Assembly (NCBI GenBank): GCA_030672545.1
Contig: DAOVGF010000071.1
Coordinates: 1-43,390, forward strand
Source of the DNA: Candidatus Aerophobota bacterium
GTDB taxonomy: Bacteria; Aerophobota; Aerophobia; Aerophobales; Aerophobaceae
Direction of reading: 5' to 3'
Length of the DNA stretch: 43,390 nt
Each line of letters begins with the position of its first letter. Position 1 is the stretch's first letter. The notes beneath the pieces are model-generated. The model saw only the letters and a list, made by a program, of their open reading frames with translations. It was not told where the DNA came from and made no database searches. Made by a program: the position numbers and the translations under genes. Positions 18,773 to 28,330 of the stretch are shown here, in pieces.

Positions 18773-18776
18773 CTAC
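18755..18776. repeat. REP-like unit (GGGAGAC-TAAA-GTCTCCC-CTAC)
   Basis: This is a perfect 7-bp stem with a compensatory G->A / C->T change relative to the copies at 10790 and 13357. Confidence 0.8.
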
Positions 18777-18807
18777 TCAGGTGGAGGTGACTTCCCCTCA
18801 AAAGAAA

Positions 18808-21264
18808 TCAACTCTTCTTAGCTACCGCCCCGGCTTCCTTTCTCATCTTGGTAAAAACCATATGTCCCTTCTGGACATTAACTAAAATAGCATCGCCTTC
18901 CTTAAATTTACCCTGCAAAATCTCCTCAGAAAGAGAATTCTCAACCAGTCGTTGGATAGCTCGTCTAAGCGGGCGAGCACCAAAGTCAGGGTCATAACCT
19001 TCCTGAGCAATCAGGGCTTTGGCCTTGTCGCTAATTTTCAGATTAATATCCTTCTCTCGCAGAAGTTCTTTCACCTCATCAAGCATAAGCTCAACAATCT
19101 TTTTTATATCCTCCTTGCTCAAAGGATGAAATACAATCACCTCATCCAGACGATTAAGAAATTCCGGGCGGAAATATCGCTTAAGCTCGGAAAGTACCCG
19201 CGCCTTCATTTCCTCGTAAGGAAGACTTCCACCCCCACCGGTTTGAAATCCAAGATGAGCATCCCGAGAAATTTGTTCGGCGGCCAGGTTAGAAGTCATT
19301 ATCAGAACAGTATTACGAAAATCTACCGTGTGTCCCAGATTATCGGAGAGACGTCCGTCCTCCATAATTTGCAGAAGAATATTAAAAACATCAGGGTGAG
19401 CTTTCTCAATTTCATCAAGAAGAATTACTGAGTAGGGTCTACGTCTCACTTTTTCGGTTAGTTCACCTCCCTGCTCATATCCCACGTAGCCGGGAGGGGC
19501 ACCCGTAAGTCGGGAAACAGTAAATTTCTCCATATACTCAGACATATCCAGTCGGATCATAGCTTCCTCTTCACCAAAGAGGAATTCCGCCAGACGACGA
19601 GCCAGCTCCGTCTTCCCCACTCCGGTAGGACCCAGGAACATAAAAACCCCGACAGGACGTTTAATGTTCTTCACCCCTGCTCGCGCCCGACGAATAGACT
19701 GAGCCAGCACTTTTATGGCTTCATTTTGCCCCACCATTTTTTGATGAATCACCTCTTCCATTCTTAGAAGTCGTTTGGATTCTTTCTCGGTAAGATCTCG
19801 CAAAGGTATATTCGTCCAACTGGAAACAATGTGAGCCACATCCTTTTCAGTAACTATCTTATCTAAACCCTTTTTCCCTTTATGGGCTTCCCACTGAGCT
19901 CTTTCCTGACTAAGTGTTTCCTTTAAACTCTTCTCCTGGTCACGCAGATGAGCTGCTTTTTCAAATTCTTGAGCTCTTACCGCGGCTTCTTTCTCTTTTC
20001 TCAGCCGTTCAAGCTCCCCTTCCACTTCTTTTAATCCCTGGGGACGCATACTGGTCTGAAGCCTTACCCGGGCTGCTGCTTCGTCTACCACGTCGATAGC
20101 CTTATCCGGAAGATAGCGTCCCTGAATGTAGCGATAAGAAAGCCTGGTAGCTGTTATCAATGCCTCATCAGTTATCTTAACTCGGTGAAAAGCTTCGTAT
20201 TTATCCCTTAGCCCCTTCAGAATTTCGATGGTTTCCTTGACCGTAGGTTCATTAACCATTATTGTTTGAAATCTTCTTTCCAGAGCCTCATCTCTTTCTA
20301 TGTATTTACGGTATTCATTAAGGGTAGTGGCTCCGATACACTGCAATTCTCCACGAGCAAGAGCAGGCTTGAGGATACTGGAAGCATCTATGGCTCCTTC
20401 GGCGGCTCCTGCTCCCACCAGAGTATGAACCTCGTCTATGAAGAGGATAATATTTCCCGCTTTTCTAATCTCACTCAGCAACCGCTCCATTCTTTTTTCA
20501 AACTCACCTCGATACTTAGTTCCGGCTACCACTGAACCCAGTTCAATAGTAACCAGTCTCCTGTTTAGCAAGGGTTCAGGAAGAGATCCTTCGGTAATCT
20601 TCTGAGCTAGGCCTTCAGCTATGGCTGTTTTTCCCACACCAGCTTCTCCAATCAAAACAGGATTGTTTTTAGTACGACGGGACAAAATTTGAATAACTCT
20701 CTCAATTTCTTTCTTTCTTCCTATCACCGGGTCAAGTACTCCTTCCCGAGCCAATTGGGTAAGATCACGCCCAAAACGATCCAGAGTGGGAGTATCAGTT
20801 AGCTGACCCGCTTTCTGCATAGCCGGTTTGCTTCCCAAAAGGTTATTAATTTCTTGCCGTACTTTCTCCAAGTCCGCTCCCAGATTAATTAAAACCTGGG
20901 CCGCTACTCCTTCACCCTCGCCAATTAATCCCAAGAGAAGATGTTCCGTACCGATGTAGTTATGTCCCAATGTTCTGGCTTCGGTAACGGCCAGTTCGAG
21001 AACTTTTTTAGCCCGGGGAGTGAAAGGAATTTTCCCTAAGAAAAGCGATCCACCACCTCGGCCTACTGTTTTCTCTACTTCTTGTCGAACCTGTTCCAAA
21101 TCTATATCAAGGTTTTGGAGAGCTATCGCCGCTACTCCTTCACCCTCGCCAATTAATCCCAAGAGAAGATGTTCCGTACCTAAATAGTCATGATCTAATC
21201 TTTTGGCTTCCTCCCTGGCTAAAAGGACTACTCGTCGCGCCCTTTCGGTAAATCTATTAAACAT
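18808..21264 (-). CDS. clpC: ATP-dependent Clp protease ATP-binding subunit ClpC
   Basis: The 818-aa ORF has two Clp_N repeats ('[18 protein letters not shown]' twice), two AAA+ modules (Walker A 'GEAGVGKT' and 'GPTGVGKT') and a UVR-like linker. Confidence 0.95.
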   Translation of the reverse strand: MFNRFTERARRVVLLAREEAKRLDHDYLGTEHLLLGLIGEGEGVAAIALQNLDIDLEQVRQEVEKTVGRGGGSLFLGKIPFTPRAKKVLELAVTEARTLGHNYIGTEHLLLGLIGEGEGVAAQVLINLGADLEKVRQEINNLLGSKPAMQKAGQLTDTPTLDRFGRDLTQLAREGVLDPVIGRKKEIERVIQILSRRTKNNPVLIGEAGVGKTAIAEGLAQKITEGSLPEPLLNRRLVTIELGSVVAGTKYRGEFEKRMERLLSEIRKAGNIILFIDEVHTLVGAGAAEGAIDASSILKPALARGELQCIGATTLNEYRKYIERDEALERRFQTIMVNEPTVKETIEILKGLRDKYEAFHRVKITDEALITATRLSYRYIQGRYLPDKAIDVVDEAAARVRLQTSMRPQGLKEVEGELERLRKEKEAAVRAQEFEKAAHLRDQEKSLKETLSQERAQWEAHKGKKGLDKIVTEKDVAHIVSSWTNIPLRDLTEKESKRLLRMEEVIHQKMVGQNEAIKVLAQSIRRARAGVKNIKRPVGVFMFLGPTGVGKTELARRLAEFLFGEEEAMIRLDMSEYMEKFTVSRLTGAPPGYVGYEQGGELTEKVRRRPYSVILLDEIEKAHPDVFNILLQIMEDGRLSDNLGHTVDFRNTVLIMTSNLAAEQISRDAHLGFQTGGGGSLPYEEMKARVLSELKRYFRPEFLNRLDEVIVFHPLSKEDIKKIVELMLDEVKELLREKDINLKISDKAKALIAQEGYDPDFGARPLRRAIQRLVENSLSEEILQGKFKEGDAILVNVQKGHMVFTKMRKEAGAVAKKS
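20900..20952. repeat. 53-nt perfect direct repeat, copy 1 (inside the second clpC N-domain repeat)
   Basis: The sequence is identical to 21128-21180, and the flanks diverge immediately. Confidence 0.85.
21128..21180. repeat. 53-nt perfect direct repeat, copy 2 (inside the first clpC N-domain repeat)
   Basis: GCCGCTACTCCTTCACCCTCGCCAATTAATCCCAAGAGAAGATGTTCCGTACC is identical to 20900-20952. The two copies are offset by 228 nt (76 codons). Confidence 0.85.
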
Positions 21265-21346
21265 AGGTTGTTCCTCCTCACTTTACTTAAAAAAACTGCA
21301 TCTTGAAAGTTAACGTCTTGGAGAAGTATACCCGTTAGCTAAACAT

Positions 21347-21375
21347 ACTTTAGAAAAAAATGACTCTCTCGTCAA
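21347..21375 (-). promoter_or_regulatory. Candidate sigma70 promoter for clpC (TTGACG-17 nt-TAAAGT)
   Basis: On the minus strand, TTGACG lies at 21375-21370 and TAAAGT at 21352-21347. The element is about 80 nt upstream of the clpC ATG and just downstream of the purA stop. Confidence 0.45.
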
Positions 21376-21390
21376 GGGAAAGATTGTTGG

Positions 21391-22674
<1,284 letters not shown>

Positions 22675-22726
22675 TTACTCCTTTGTCTGGTTTTCCCTCT
22701 TTTTACTTACTTCCGGAGGGAAAAAT

Positions 22727-24076
22727 TTACAAACTATTCTCTGGGTAAGGATCTTCAAAGCGCGTATACTCACTCAAAAAAGTTAGTTTAAATCGTCCCA
22801 CCGGACCTCGGCGCTGCTTATTAATAATGACTTCGGCCATTCCCTCATCTTCCTTTTTTCTTGAATAATAGTGTTCTCGATAAATAGAAAGCACTAAATC
22901 AGCATCCTGTTCAATAGCCCCCGATTCCCGCAAATCTGAAAGACGAGGGCGTTTATCATCACGCTGTTCTACCGCTCGGCTTAACTGAGAAATGGCTATC
23001 ACAGGTGTCTCTAATTCTTTGGCCAGAGCTTTAAGAGAGCGGGATATCTCTGAAATCTGTTGCTGACGACTATCTATTCTCCTATGACCGGTCATAAGCT
23101 GAAGGTAATCCACTATCACCATTTTGATGTCATGTTCAGTCTTAAGACGACGGGCCCTGGCCCGCAGTTCCATGGCGCCAATACTGGGAGAATCATCAAT
23201 ATAAATGGGAGCTTCGGCCAGGACACCGGCTGCTCCAGTAAGTTTTGACCAGTCATCCTCGGAAAGAAAGCCGGTCCGTAGTTTTTGAGAGTCCACCCGC
23301 GCCTCTGAGCAAAGTAGACGTTCCACCAGTTGTTCCTTGGCACTCTCCAGGGAAAAAACAAGTGAAGAAATTCGGTAATTTATGGCCGCGTGCTCAGCAA
23401 TATTCAGAGCAAAAGCAGTTTTTCCCATAGAGGGACGACCGGCAATAACTATTAAATCAGAAGGTTGAAATCCCGAGGTAAGCTGGTTCAGTTGCGTAAA
23501 ACCAGTAGGTATCCCGGTAACATGTTCTTTTCTTTCATAAAGAGCCTCAATGTGTTCAAAGGTTTGGGTTAAAATATCTTTAATGTGGAAACAAGAAGGC
23601 CTGGCACCTCCTTGAGTAATTTTAAAGATTCGGCTCTGAGCCTTGTCCAAAATAGTACTCAGGTCCTCGGAGGCCTCATAAGAAAGAGTACTAATTTCAT
23701 CCGTTGCCTGGATTAAATCACGTAATAGTTGTTTTTCTCTAACAATCTGGGCATAATAGGCAACATTAGAAGTAGTGGTAACCGAAGCAATTAGGTCGGC
23801 TAAATAGGCCGATCCCCCAACTTTCTCTAACTTACCCATCTTGTGGAATTCTTCTCTTAGAGTGACCAAATCCACCGGCTGGCTGTTTTCGCACAGACTA
23901 CGAATACCTTCGTAAATCGTTCGGTGGACATCAGAATAAAAAGATTGAGGATAAGGGAGAATCTCGATGACTTTGGGAATAGCCTCTTTTTCCAGAAGCA
24001 TCGCCCCTAAAACTGAACGTTCAGCCTCTAAATTTTGAGGGGGTATCCTCTCTGTTAAAGAAATCTTTTCGGACAT
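22727..24076 (-). CDS. dnaB: Replicative DNA helicase DnaB
   Basis: The 449-aa ORF has 'PPQNLEAERSVLGAML', Walker A 'GRPSMGKTAF' and 'SQLSR'. Confidence 0.95.
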   Translation of the reverse strand: MSEKISLTERIPPQNLEAERSVLGAMLLEKEAIPKVIEILPYPQSFYSDVHRTIYEGIRSLCENSQPVDLVTLREEFHKMGKLEKVGGSAYLADLIASVTTTSNVAYYAQIVREKQLLRDLIQATDEISTLSYEASEDLSTILDKAQSRIFKITQGGARPSCFHIKDILTQTFEHIEALYERKEHVTGIPTGFTQLNQLTSGFQPSDLIVIAGRPSMGKTAFALNIAEHAAINYRISSLVFSLESAKEQLVERLLCSEARVDSQKLRTGFLSEDDWSKLTGAAGVLAEAPIYIDDSPSIGAMELRARARRLKTEHDIKMVIVDYLQLMTGHRRIDSRQQQISEISRSLKALAKELETPVIAISQLSRAVEQRDDKRPRLSDLRESGAIEQDADLVLSIYREHYYSRKKEDEGMAEVIINKQRRGPVGRFKLTFLSEYTRFEDPYPENSL

Positions 24077-24103
24077 TTTAGATACTACCTAAGGATCCTT
24101 ACC

Positions 24104-25690
24104 TTAAAGCAACACAAGCTTGGCTTCCAGAACTTCCTCTGTCTCTCTGAGAATCTCCAGACCCTCCGGAGGAAGAGTACTATCCAGGCTGTAAACCGAC
24201 ATGTTGATGTCTCTGGAGATATTTCTCCCCATACGGAGCCCACCGATGTTAACTCCGTATTTTCCCAATACAGTAGCAATTTTTCCCACCACTCCCGGCT
24301 TATCCAAGTGAGAACAGATTAAAAGAGTTCCCTGAGGAACGAATTCCAAAGAAAAACTATCTATGGCTGTTATATAAGGGGTATCCTTTTCCAGGATGGT
24401 TCCCTCAATTTTCTTTTCCCCTTTTTCGGAAATCAGTTTAGCCGCAATAAGACTGGCAAATCCCTCACTTTCCCCATCCATTTTAGTTTGTAACACCTCC
24501 AGACCTCTTTCTCTGGCTATTAAGGAAGCATTCACATAATTGACTACCTCTTTAAGAAAAAAGCCCAAAAGAGCTTTAAGGAAAGCGGTGGTGAAAATAG
24601 AAAGATCATATTCGGTTATCTCACCTTTATAAATTAGCTCTACTCGACCAGGATGAGATTCCATCAACTGAGCACTGAGAATGCCCATTTTCTCAGCTAA
24701 GGAAAGATAACCCCCCATTTTTTTCTCCATTTGAAAAGGAAAAACGGGAAAATTAACGGCGTTAACTACTTTGTTTCTTTTGAGAACATCCACGATTTGA
24801 TGGGCAATTTCCTCGGCCACTCTTGTTTGTGCCTCAGCCGTAGAAGCTCCCAGATGAGGAGTAACAATTACTGAATCCAATTGCAAAAGAGGACTGTTGA
24901 AAGGTTTACCCTTCTCAAAAACATCAAGAGCAGCTCCTTTAACCTTTCCTTCCTTAATAGCCTGATACAGAGCGGACTCGTCTATAATTCCTCCTCGAGC
25001 ACAGTTAATTATAAAGACACCCTTTTTCATCCGAGCAATGGCTCGGGCATCAATTAAACTTCTGGTCTGAGAACTCAAGGGTGTATGAATGGTCAGGTAG
25101 TCTACCCGCGGCAGGAGCTCCTTCAAAGTGTAAAGGGTTACCCCAAGTTCATCGACTTTTGCCGGTGAGATAAAGGGATCGTAAGCCAGCACCTTCATCA
25201 TGAAAGATTGAGCTCGTTTGGCAACTTCGGTACCGATGCGACCAAGTCCGATAATCCCCAGTGTCTTCTTGTATACTTCCGTGCCCATATATTTCTTACG
25301 ATTCCACTCTCCTTTTCTTAAGGCTTCATTAGCCTGGGGAATATTGCGAGAAACAGCTAATAACAAAGAAACAGTATGTTCAGCAGCGGAGATAGTATTC
25401 CCCCCGGGAGTATTCATCACGATTACACCTTTACGAGTAGCTGTTTCCACATCAATATTATCCAGACCTGTCCCAGCTCTTCCAATTACCTTCAAATCAG
25501 GGGCCGCCTCGATTATCTCCCTGGTAACTTTGACCCCGCTTCTAACGATCAAAGCACTAAATCCACTCATGCGTTGTTTTAATTCCTCCTCAGATAATCC
25601 AACAGCCTGTTCAACTTCATATCCTTCTTTCTCCAATATCTCTATTCCTTCTTGAGCCAGTGGATCAGCCACTAATATTTTCATCTTCAT
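24104..25690 (-). CDS. serA: D-3-phosphoglycerate dehydrogenase (long form with ASB and ACT domains)
   Basis: The 528-aa ORF has the NAD motif 'GIIGLGRIGTEVA', the catalytic region 'INCARGG' and a C-terminal ACT-like domain. Confidence 0.92.
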   Translation of the reverse strand: MKMKILVADPLAQEGIEILEKEGYEVEQAVGLSEEELKQRMSGFSALIVRSGVKVTREIIEAAPDLKVIGRAGTGLDNIDVETATRKGVIVMNTPGGNTISAAEHTVSLLLAVSRNIPQANEALRKGEWNRKKYMGTEVYKKTLGIIGLGRIGTEVAKRAQSFMMKVLAYDPFISPAKVDELGVTLYTLKELLPRVDYLTIHTPLSSQTRSLIDARAIARMKKGVFIINCARGGIIDESALYQAIKEGKVKGAALDVFEKGKPFNSPLLQLDSVIVTPHLGASTAEAQTRVAEEIAHQIVDVLKRNKVVNAVNFPVFPFQMEKKMGGYLSLAEKMGILSAQLMESHPGRVELIYKGEITEYDLSIFTTAFLKALLGFFLKEVVNYVNASLIARERGLEVLQTKMDGESEGFASLIAAKLISEKGEKKIEGTILEKDTPYITAIDSFSLEFVPQGTLLICSHLDKPGVVGKIATVLGKYGVNIGGLRMGRNISRDINMSVYSLDSTLPPEGLEILRETEEVLEAKLVLL

Positions 25691-25694
25691 TTTT

Positions 25695-26828
25695 TTATTC
25701 CTTACTTAAAATCTCTTCAGCCGCTTTTATTCCGCTACCTAATTCGACGGAATATCCCAGTTGCCCCAAACTCATTTCCAAAGCAGAAATAGCACCCAGA
25801 ATATCTAAATTATCCATCCAACCAAGATGAGCTATCCGAATTATTTTCCCGGATAGATGAGCTTGACCACCGGCTGTCAAAACACCATACTTCTCCCACA
25901 TCAGTTTCTTTAGACGATTTGCCCCAATTTCCTCGGGAATCACCATAGCCGTGACTACATTAGAAGATGGAAAGCCAAATACCCTCAGCCCCAAATTATT
26001 AGCCGCCGCCCTGGTGGCCTGAGCCAGAAGATTGTGCCGACGGATAATTTTCTCCTGTCCCTCTTCTCTTATAATTCTCAAAGATTCTTTCAAGGCACAG
26101 ATTAGAGAAACCGCAGGAGTATAAGGAGTCTGACCGGTCGAAAGAGACTTAATTGCCTTTTTGAAATCCCAGTAGTAACATGGCAGAGTGGAACTTTCCA
26201 TTAATTCTCGGGCTTTCTCAGAGAGACTGACAAAAGCTAATCCGGGAGGAACCATCAGAGCCTTTTGAGAACCTCCTATCACAACATCAACTGCCCATTG
26301 ATCTTGTGGTAAAGACTCAGCACCCAGCCCACTGATGGCATCAACGATTAAAACTGCTGAAGTTTCTTTGACTACCTCTGCTATACTCTTAATATCATAA
26401 ACCACCCCGGTAGAGGTTTCCACGAGTTGAGCAAACACTGCTTTTATCTCAGGATTTTGTTTGAGAATATCCCCAATCTCTTCCGCCCTGGCTACTTTGC
26501 CCCATTCTACTTTTAGCACCACTACCTCTATACCAAAGGTGCGATTTATTTCTGTCCATCTTTCCCCAAATTTACCACCCTCGATTACCAGGACTTTATC
26601 GTGGGGAGATAGCAAATTAACCACCGTCGCTTCCATAGCCCCTGTTCCAGAAGCAGCCAAAATGAGAACCTCGTTTTGGCTTTGAAATATGTACTTCAGC
26701 CCATCCTGAACTTCGGCAAATACTTTGGAAAACTCGCTGGTCCGGTGATGAATAATTTCCCTGGCCTGGCTTATCTTTACATTCTCTGGAAGAGGTGTAG
26801 GTCCTGGAGTAAATATTCTCATTTTCAC
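25695..26828 (-). CDS. Class-V aminotransferase (serine-pyruvate / phosphoserine aminotransferase type)
   Basis: The 377-aa ORF has an AGXT-family layout with 'GGSQKALMVPPGLAFV' (PLP-Lys region). It ends 4 nt upstream of serA, consistent with a SerC-like role. The track start is a GTG at 26828; an ATG at 26822 is an alternative. Confidence 0.85.
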   Translation of the reverse strand: MKMRIFTPGPTPLPENVKISQAREIIHHRTSEFSKVFAEVQDGLKYIFQSQNEVLILAASGTGAMEATVVNLLSPHDKVLVIEGGKFGERWTEINRTFGIEVVVLKVEWGKVARAEEIGDILKQNPEIKAVFAQLVETSTGVVYDIKSIAEVVKETSAVLIVDAISGLGAESLPQDQWAVDVVIGGSQKALMVPPGLAFVSLSEKARELMESSTLPCYYWDFKKAIKSLSTGQTPYTPAVSLICALKESLRIIREEGQEKIIRRHNLLAQATRAAANNLGLRVFGFPSSNVVTAMVIPEEIGANRLKKLMWEKYGVLTAGGQAHLSGKIIRIAHLGWMDNLDILGAISALEMSLGQLGYSVELGSGIKAAEEILSKE

Positions 26829-26851
26829 TTGTTTTTTCCCCTCATATTCTC

Positions 26852-26914
26852 GTTTATTTAGTTCCTCTAGTTCTTTTGGTTCATCTGGTTCATCTGGTTC
26901 GTTTAGTTTATTTC
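26852..26914. repeat. Tandem 9-nt repeat array, 7 units (GTTCATCTG-like on the plus strand)
   Basis: The units are GTTTATTTA, GTTCCTCTA, GTTCTTTTG, GTTCATCTG, GTTCATCTG, GTTCGTTTA and GTTTATTTC. The array spans the rpmA stop codon and fills most of the gap to the aminotransferase start. Confidence 0.8.
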
Positions 26915-27154
26915 CTCTTTATTTACATTGACTCGTCTATGAGAACCAAAATAAACATACCCATCGCTCCGGGCGTAAAGTGTGTCATCAGTTCCTCGAC
27001 CCACATTCAAGCCTGGATGATACTTGGTTCCTCTCTGTCGAACCAGAATAGTCCCTATTTTCACAAATTGACCACCAAATTTCTTAACACCTAATCTCTT
27101 AGCGGCGCTCTCTCGGCCGTTAGAAGAGTGACCCTGTCCCTTTTTATGGGCCAT
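26903..27154 (-). CDS. rpmA: 50S ribosomal protein L27
   Basis: '[29 protein letters not shown]...[22 protein letters not shown]' is the canonical L27 sequence. Confidence 0.95.
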   Translation of the reverse strand: MAHKKGQGHSSNGRESAAKRLGVKKFGGQFVKIGTILVRQRGTKYHPGLNVGRGTDDTLYARSDGYVYFGSHRRVNVNKEEIN

Positions 27155-27184
27155 TTAATTCTCCTTTATGATAATACTCTCTGG

Positions 27185-27358
27185 TTATTCCTTGACCTCA
27201 CTTACTCCAATTGCCAGAATAATTAGACCAATCGCGGCAACTACGATACCTACAATTCCTTTCAGAAAAACAAGTACCCAGGGAGCGAAAATAACTATTA
27301 GCCATATCCCCACAGCCGTAGCCACCGCTCCTCCAATAATTTTCAACCACTTTTTCAT
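27185..27358 (-). CDS. Small (57-aa) two-TM membrane protein, not in the supplied ORF track
   Basis: My own translation of the minus strand gives MKKWLKIIGGAVATAVGIWLIVIFAPWVLVFLKGIVGIVVAAIGLIILAIGVSEVKE*. It has an ATG start with GAGGAGAGG about 6-8 nt upstream and shows two clean hydrophobic helices. Confidence 0.5.
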   Translation of the reverse strand: MKKWLKIIGGAVATAVGIWLIVIFAPWVLVFLKGIVGIVVAAIGLIILAIGVSEVKE

Positions 27359-27417
27359 CTTTTCCTCTCCTCATTAGGATATGTTAGTCCGATACTATCT
27401 TTTTCTCCCAGTGGGTA

Positions 27418-27517
27418 GTAATAGTTTAGACTTCACCAAGGTAGCCGCCAGTTTTAACTTGCATCAATAAACGCAGGCTAAAGCCTGCGGCTACCACTCT
27501 ATCTTGGCCGAAAAGGA
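27418..27517. repeat. Module M plus REPIN-like doublet plus right flank (locus H)
   Basis: The M module is GTAATAGTTTAGACTTCACCAAG. It is followed by GTAG-CC-GCCAGT-TTTA-ACTTGC (27441-27462), a spacer and GCAGGC-TAAA-GCCTGC-GG-CTAC (27473-27494). The right flank CACTCTATCTTGGCCGAAAAGG is homologous to locus I. Confidence 0.85.
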
Positions 27518-27532
27518 AACTTGCCAGTTACG

Positions 27533-27922
27533 AATCAGGGGAAAAAGAGAAACGTAAGCCGGGTTCTGTAACCGTAAAGAAATTACTTTCTCTACGGTGG
27601 TGATCATTCATCTTGAATCCAGGTTACCCTGGATCTCCAGCGGCCTACCCGAGGATAAACCTCCTATTTGGCCTTGCTCCAAACAGGGTTTGTCTGGCCA
27701 GAGAATCTCTTTTCTGCCGGTAGGCTCTTACCCCACCTTTGCACCCTTTCCCCGAAGGCCGGGTGACAAACCGCTCCCGGGGTGGTATTGTTTTCTGTGA
27801 CACTTTCCGTGAGGTCACCCTCCCTGGGTATTACCCAGTGTTCTTCTTGAGGAGCCCGGACTTTCCTCGAAAGCATAATAGACTTCCGCGATCACCTCAT
27901 CCTCTTTTTCCCCTCACTGATT
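27533..27922 (-). ncRNA. rnpB: RNase P RNA (bacterial type A-like)
   Basis: The minus strand contains GAGGAAAGTCCGGGCTCC (P4 5' strand), GGGTGCAAAGGTGGGGTAAGAGCCTACCGG, CAAGATGAATGATCAC and ACAGAACCCGGCTTAC (P4 3' strand). The termini can pair as a long P1: AATCA..GGGGAAAAAGAG (27922-27902) with CTCTTTTTCCCCTGATT (27549-27533). Confidence 0.88.
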
Positions 27923-28310
27923 CTTTGGCTAATTTATCAGCTTCCCTATTCTGCTCCCTGGGAATATGGAAAAAATCTATCCGTTCAAAAAATCCCCTCA
28001 GATGTTGCACCTGTGAATAGAAAACAAAAAGTTTAGGATTACGAACCCGGTAGATTCCCTGGAGCTGCTTTACCAAAAGTTCACTGTCCAAAAAACATTT
28101 TATTCTCTTCGCTCCTAGAGCTAATGCTTCCTCTAAGCCAAAAATCAAAGCCGCATATTCAGCAACATTATTAGTGGCGGTTCCGATAGATTGGCTTATT
28201 TGCTTAACTACTATCCCCTTTTTGTCATAAAGAAGCGCACCAATCCCGGCCTTTCCGGGATTACCCAGGCTAGCTCCGTCGCTATAAAGAGTAACTTCAT
28301 TAAAAGTCAT
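27897..28310 (-). CDS. rnhA: Ribonuclease HI
   Basis: The 137-aa ORF has 'LYSDGASLGNPGKAGIGAL', 'NNVAEYAALIFGLE' and 'NREADKLAK', containing the DEDD catalytic residues in the canonical order. Confidence 0.88.
   Translation of the reverse strand: MTFNEVTLYSDGASLGNPGKAGIGALLYDKKGIVVKQISQSIGTATNNVAEYAALIFGLEEALALGAKRIKCFLDSELLVKQLQGIYRVRNPKLFVFYSQVQHLRGFFERIDFFHIPREQNREADKLAKESVRGKRG
27931..27940 (-). promoter_or_regulatory. Candidate extended -10 promoter (TGaTAAATT) for rnpB, inside the rnhA coding sequence
   Basis: The minus strand reads CTGATAAATT. The -10 element ends 8 nt upstream of the predicted P1 5' end at 27922. I see no good -35 element. Confidence 0.35.
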
Positions 28311-28330
28311 TTACTCGGATGAAATCAAGG

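Noticed and set aside
18952-19431. Long antisense ORFs lie inside well-supported genes, for example 18952-19431 + in clpC, 25218-25655 + in serA, 15957-16349 + in rsmD and 29430-30058 + in argB.
   Set aside because: The opposite strand encodes proteins with unmistakable family motifs. The antisense ORFs have low-complexity, Ser/Leu/Pro/Ile-rich translations typical of shadow frames.
20900-21180. I considered whether the 53-nt perfect repeat could mark a mobile-element insertion or a duplication junction.
   Set aside because: Both copies are in frame inside the two homologous Clp_N repeats of an otherwise intact clpC. The internal domain duplication, with possible gene conversion, explains it.
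21265-21390. I looked for a heat-shock operator (CtsR box or CIRCE) in the clpC upstream region.
   Set aside because: I found no GGTCAAA direct repeat and no TTAGCACTC-N9-GAGTGCTAA inverted repeat. Only short palindromes (TTAGCTAA, GTTAAC) are present, and they are too small to call.
26852-26914. I considered whether the 9-nt tandem arrays (also at 35519-35599) could be CRISPR arrays.
   Set aside because: The units are only 9 nt long, directly abutting and degenerate. There are no spacers, and no cas genes or leader are nearby. They are minisatellite-type tandem repeats.
27168-27377. A plus-strand 69-aa ORF, 'MIILSGYSLTSL...', lies here.
   Set aside because: It is the antisense shadow of the minus-strand 57-aa two-TM ORF, which has an ATG, a strong SD and a membrane-protein profile. 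The plus-strand ORF has no SD and a low-complexity Ile/Thr/Pro composition.
27418-27440. I considered module M (GTAATArTTTAGAyTTC...; four copies at 27418, 28813, 35405 and 36797) as a sigma70 promoter, because three copies sit 40-90 nt upstream of start codons.
   Set aside because: On the coding (minus) strand it offers only TATTAC/TAAATT-like -10 candidates, with no acceptable -35 at 16-18 nt. The window's clear promoters (secA, tRNA, clpC) match TTGACA/TATAAT well. The fourth copy sits at a gene 3' end. I therefore treat it as part of the repeat family, with function unknown.
27597-28020. Three track ORFs lie here (27597-27800 +, 27664-27876 -, 27739-28020 +).
   Set aside because: They lie inside or antisense to the RNase P RNA, which is strongly supported by conserved P4 and other universal motifs. 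They have no SDs and show odd Pro/Gly/Arg-rich composition.
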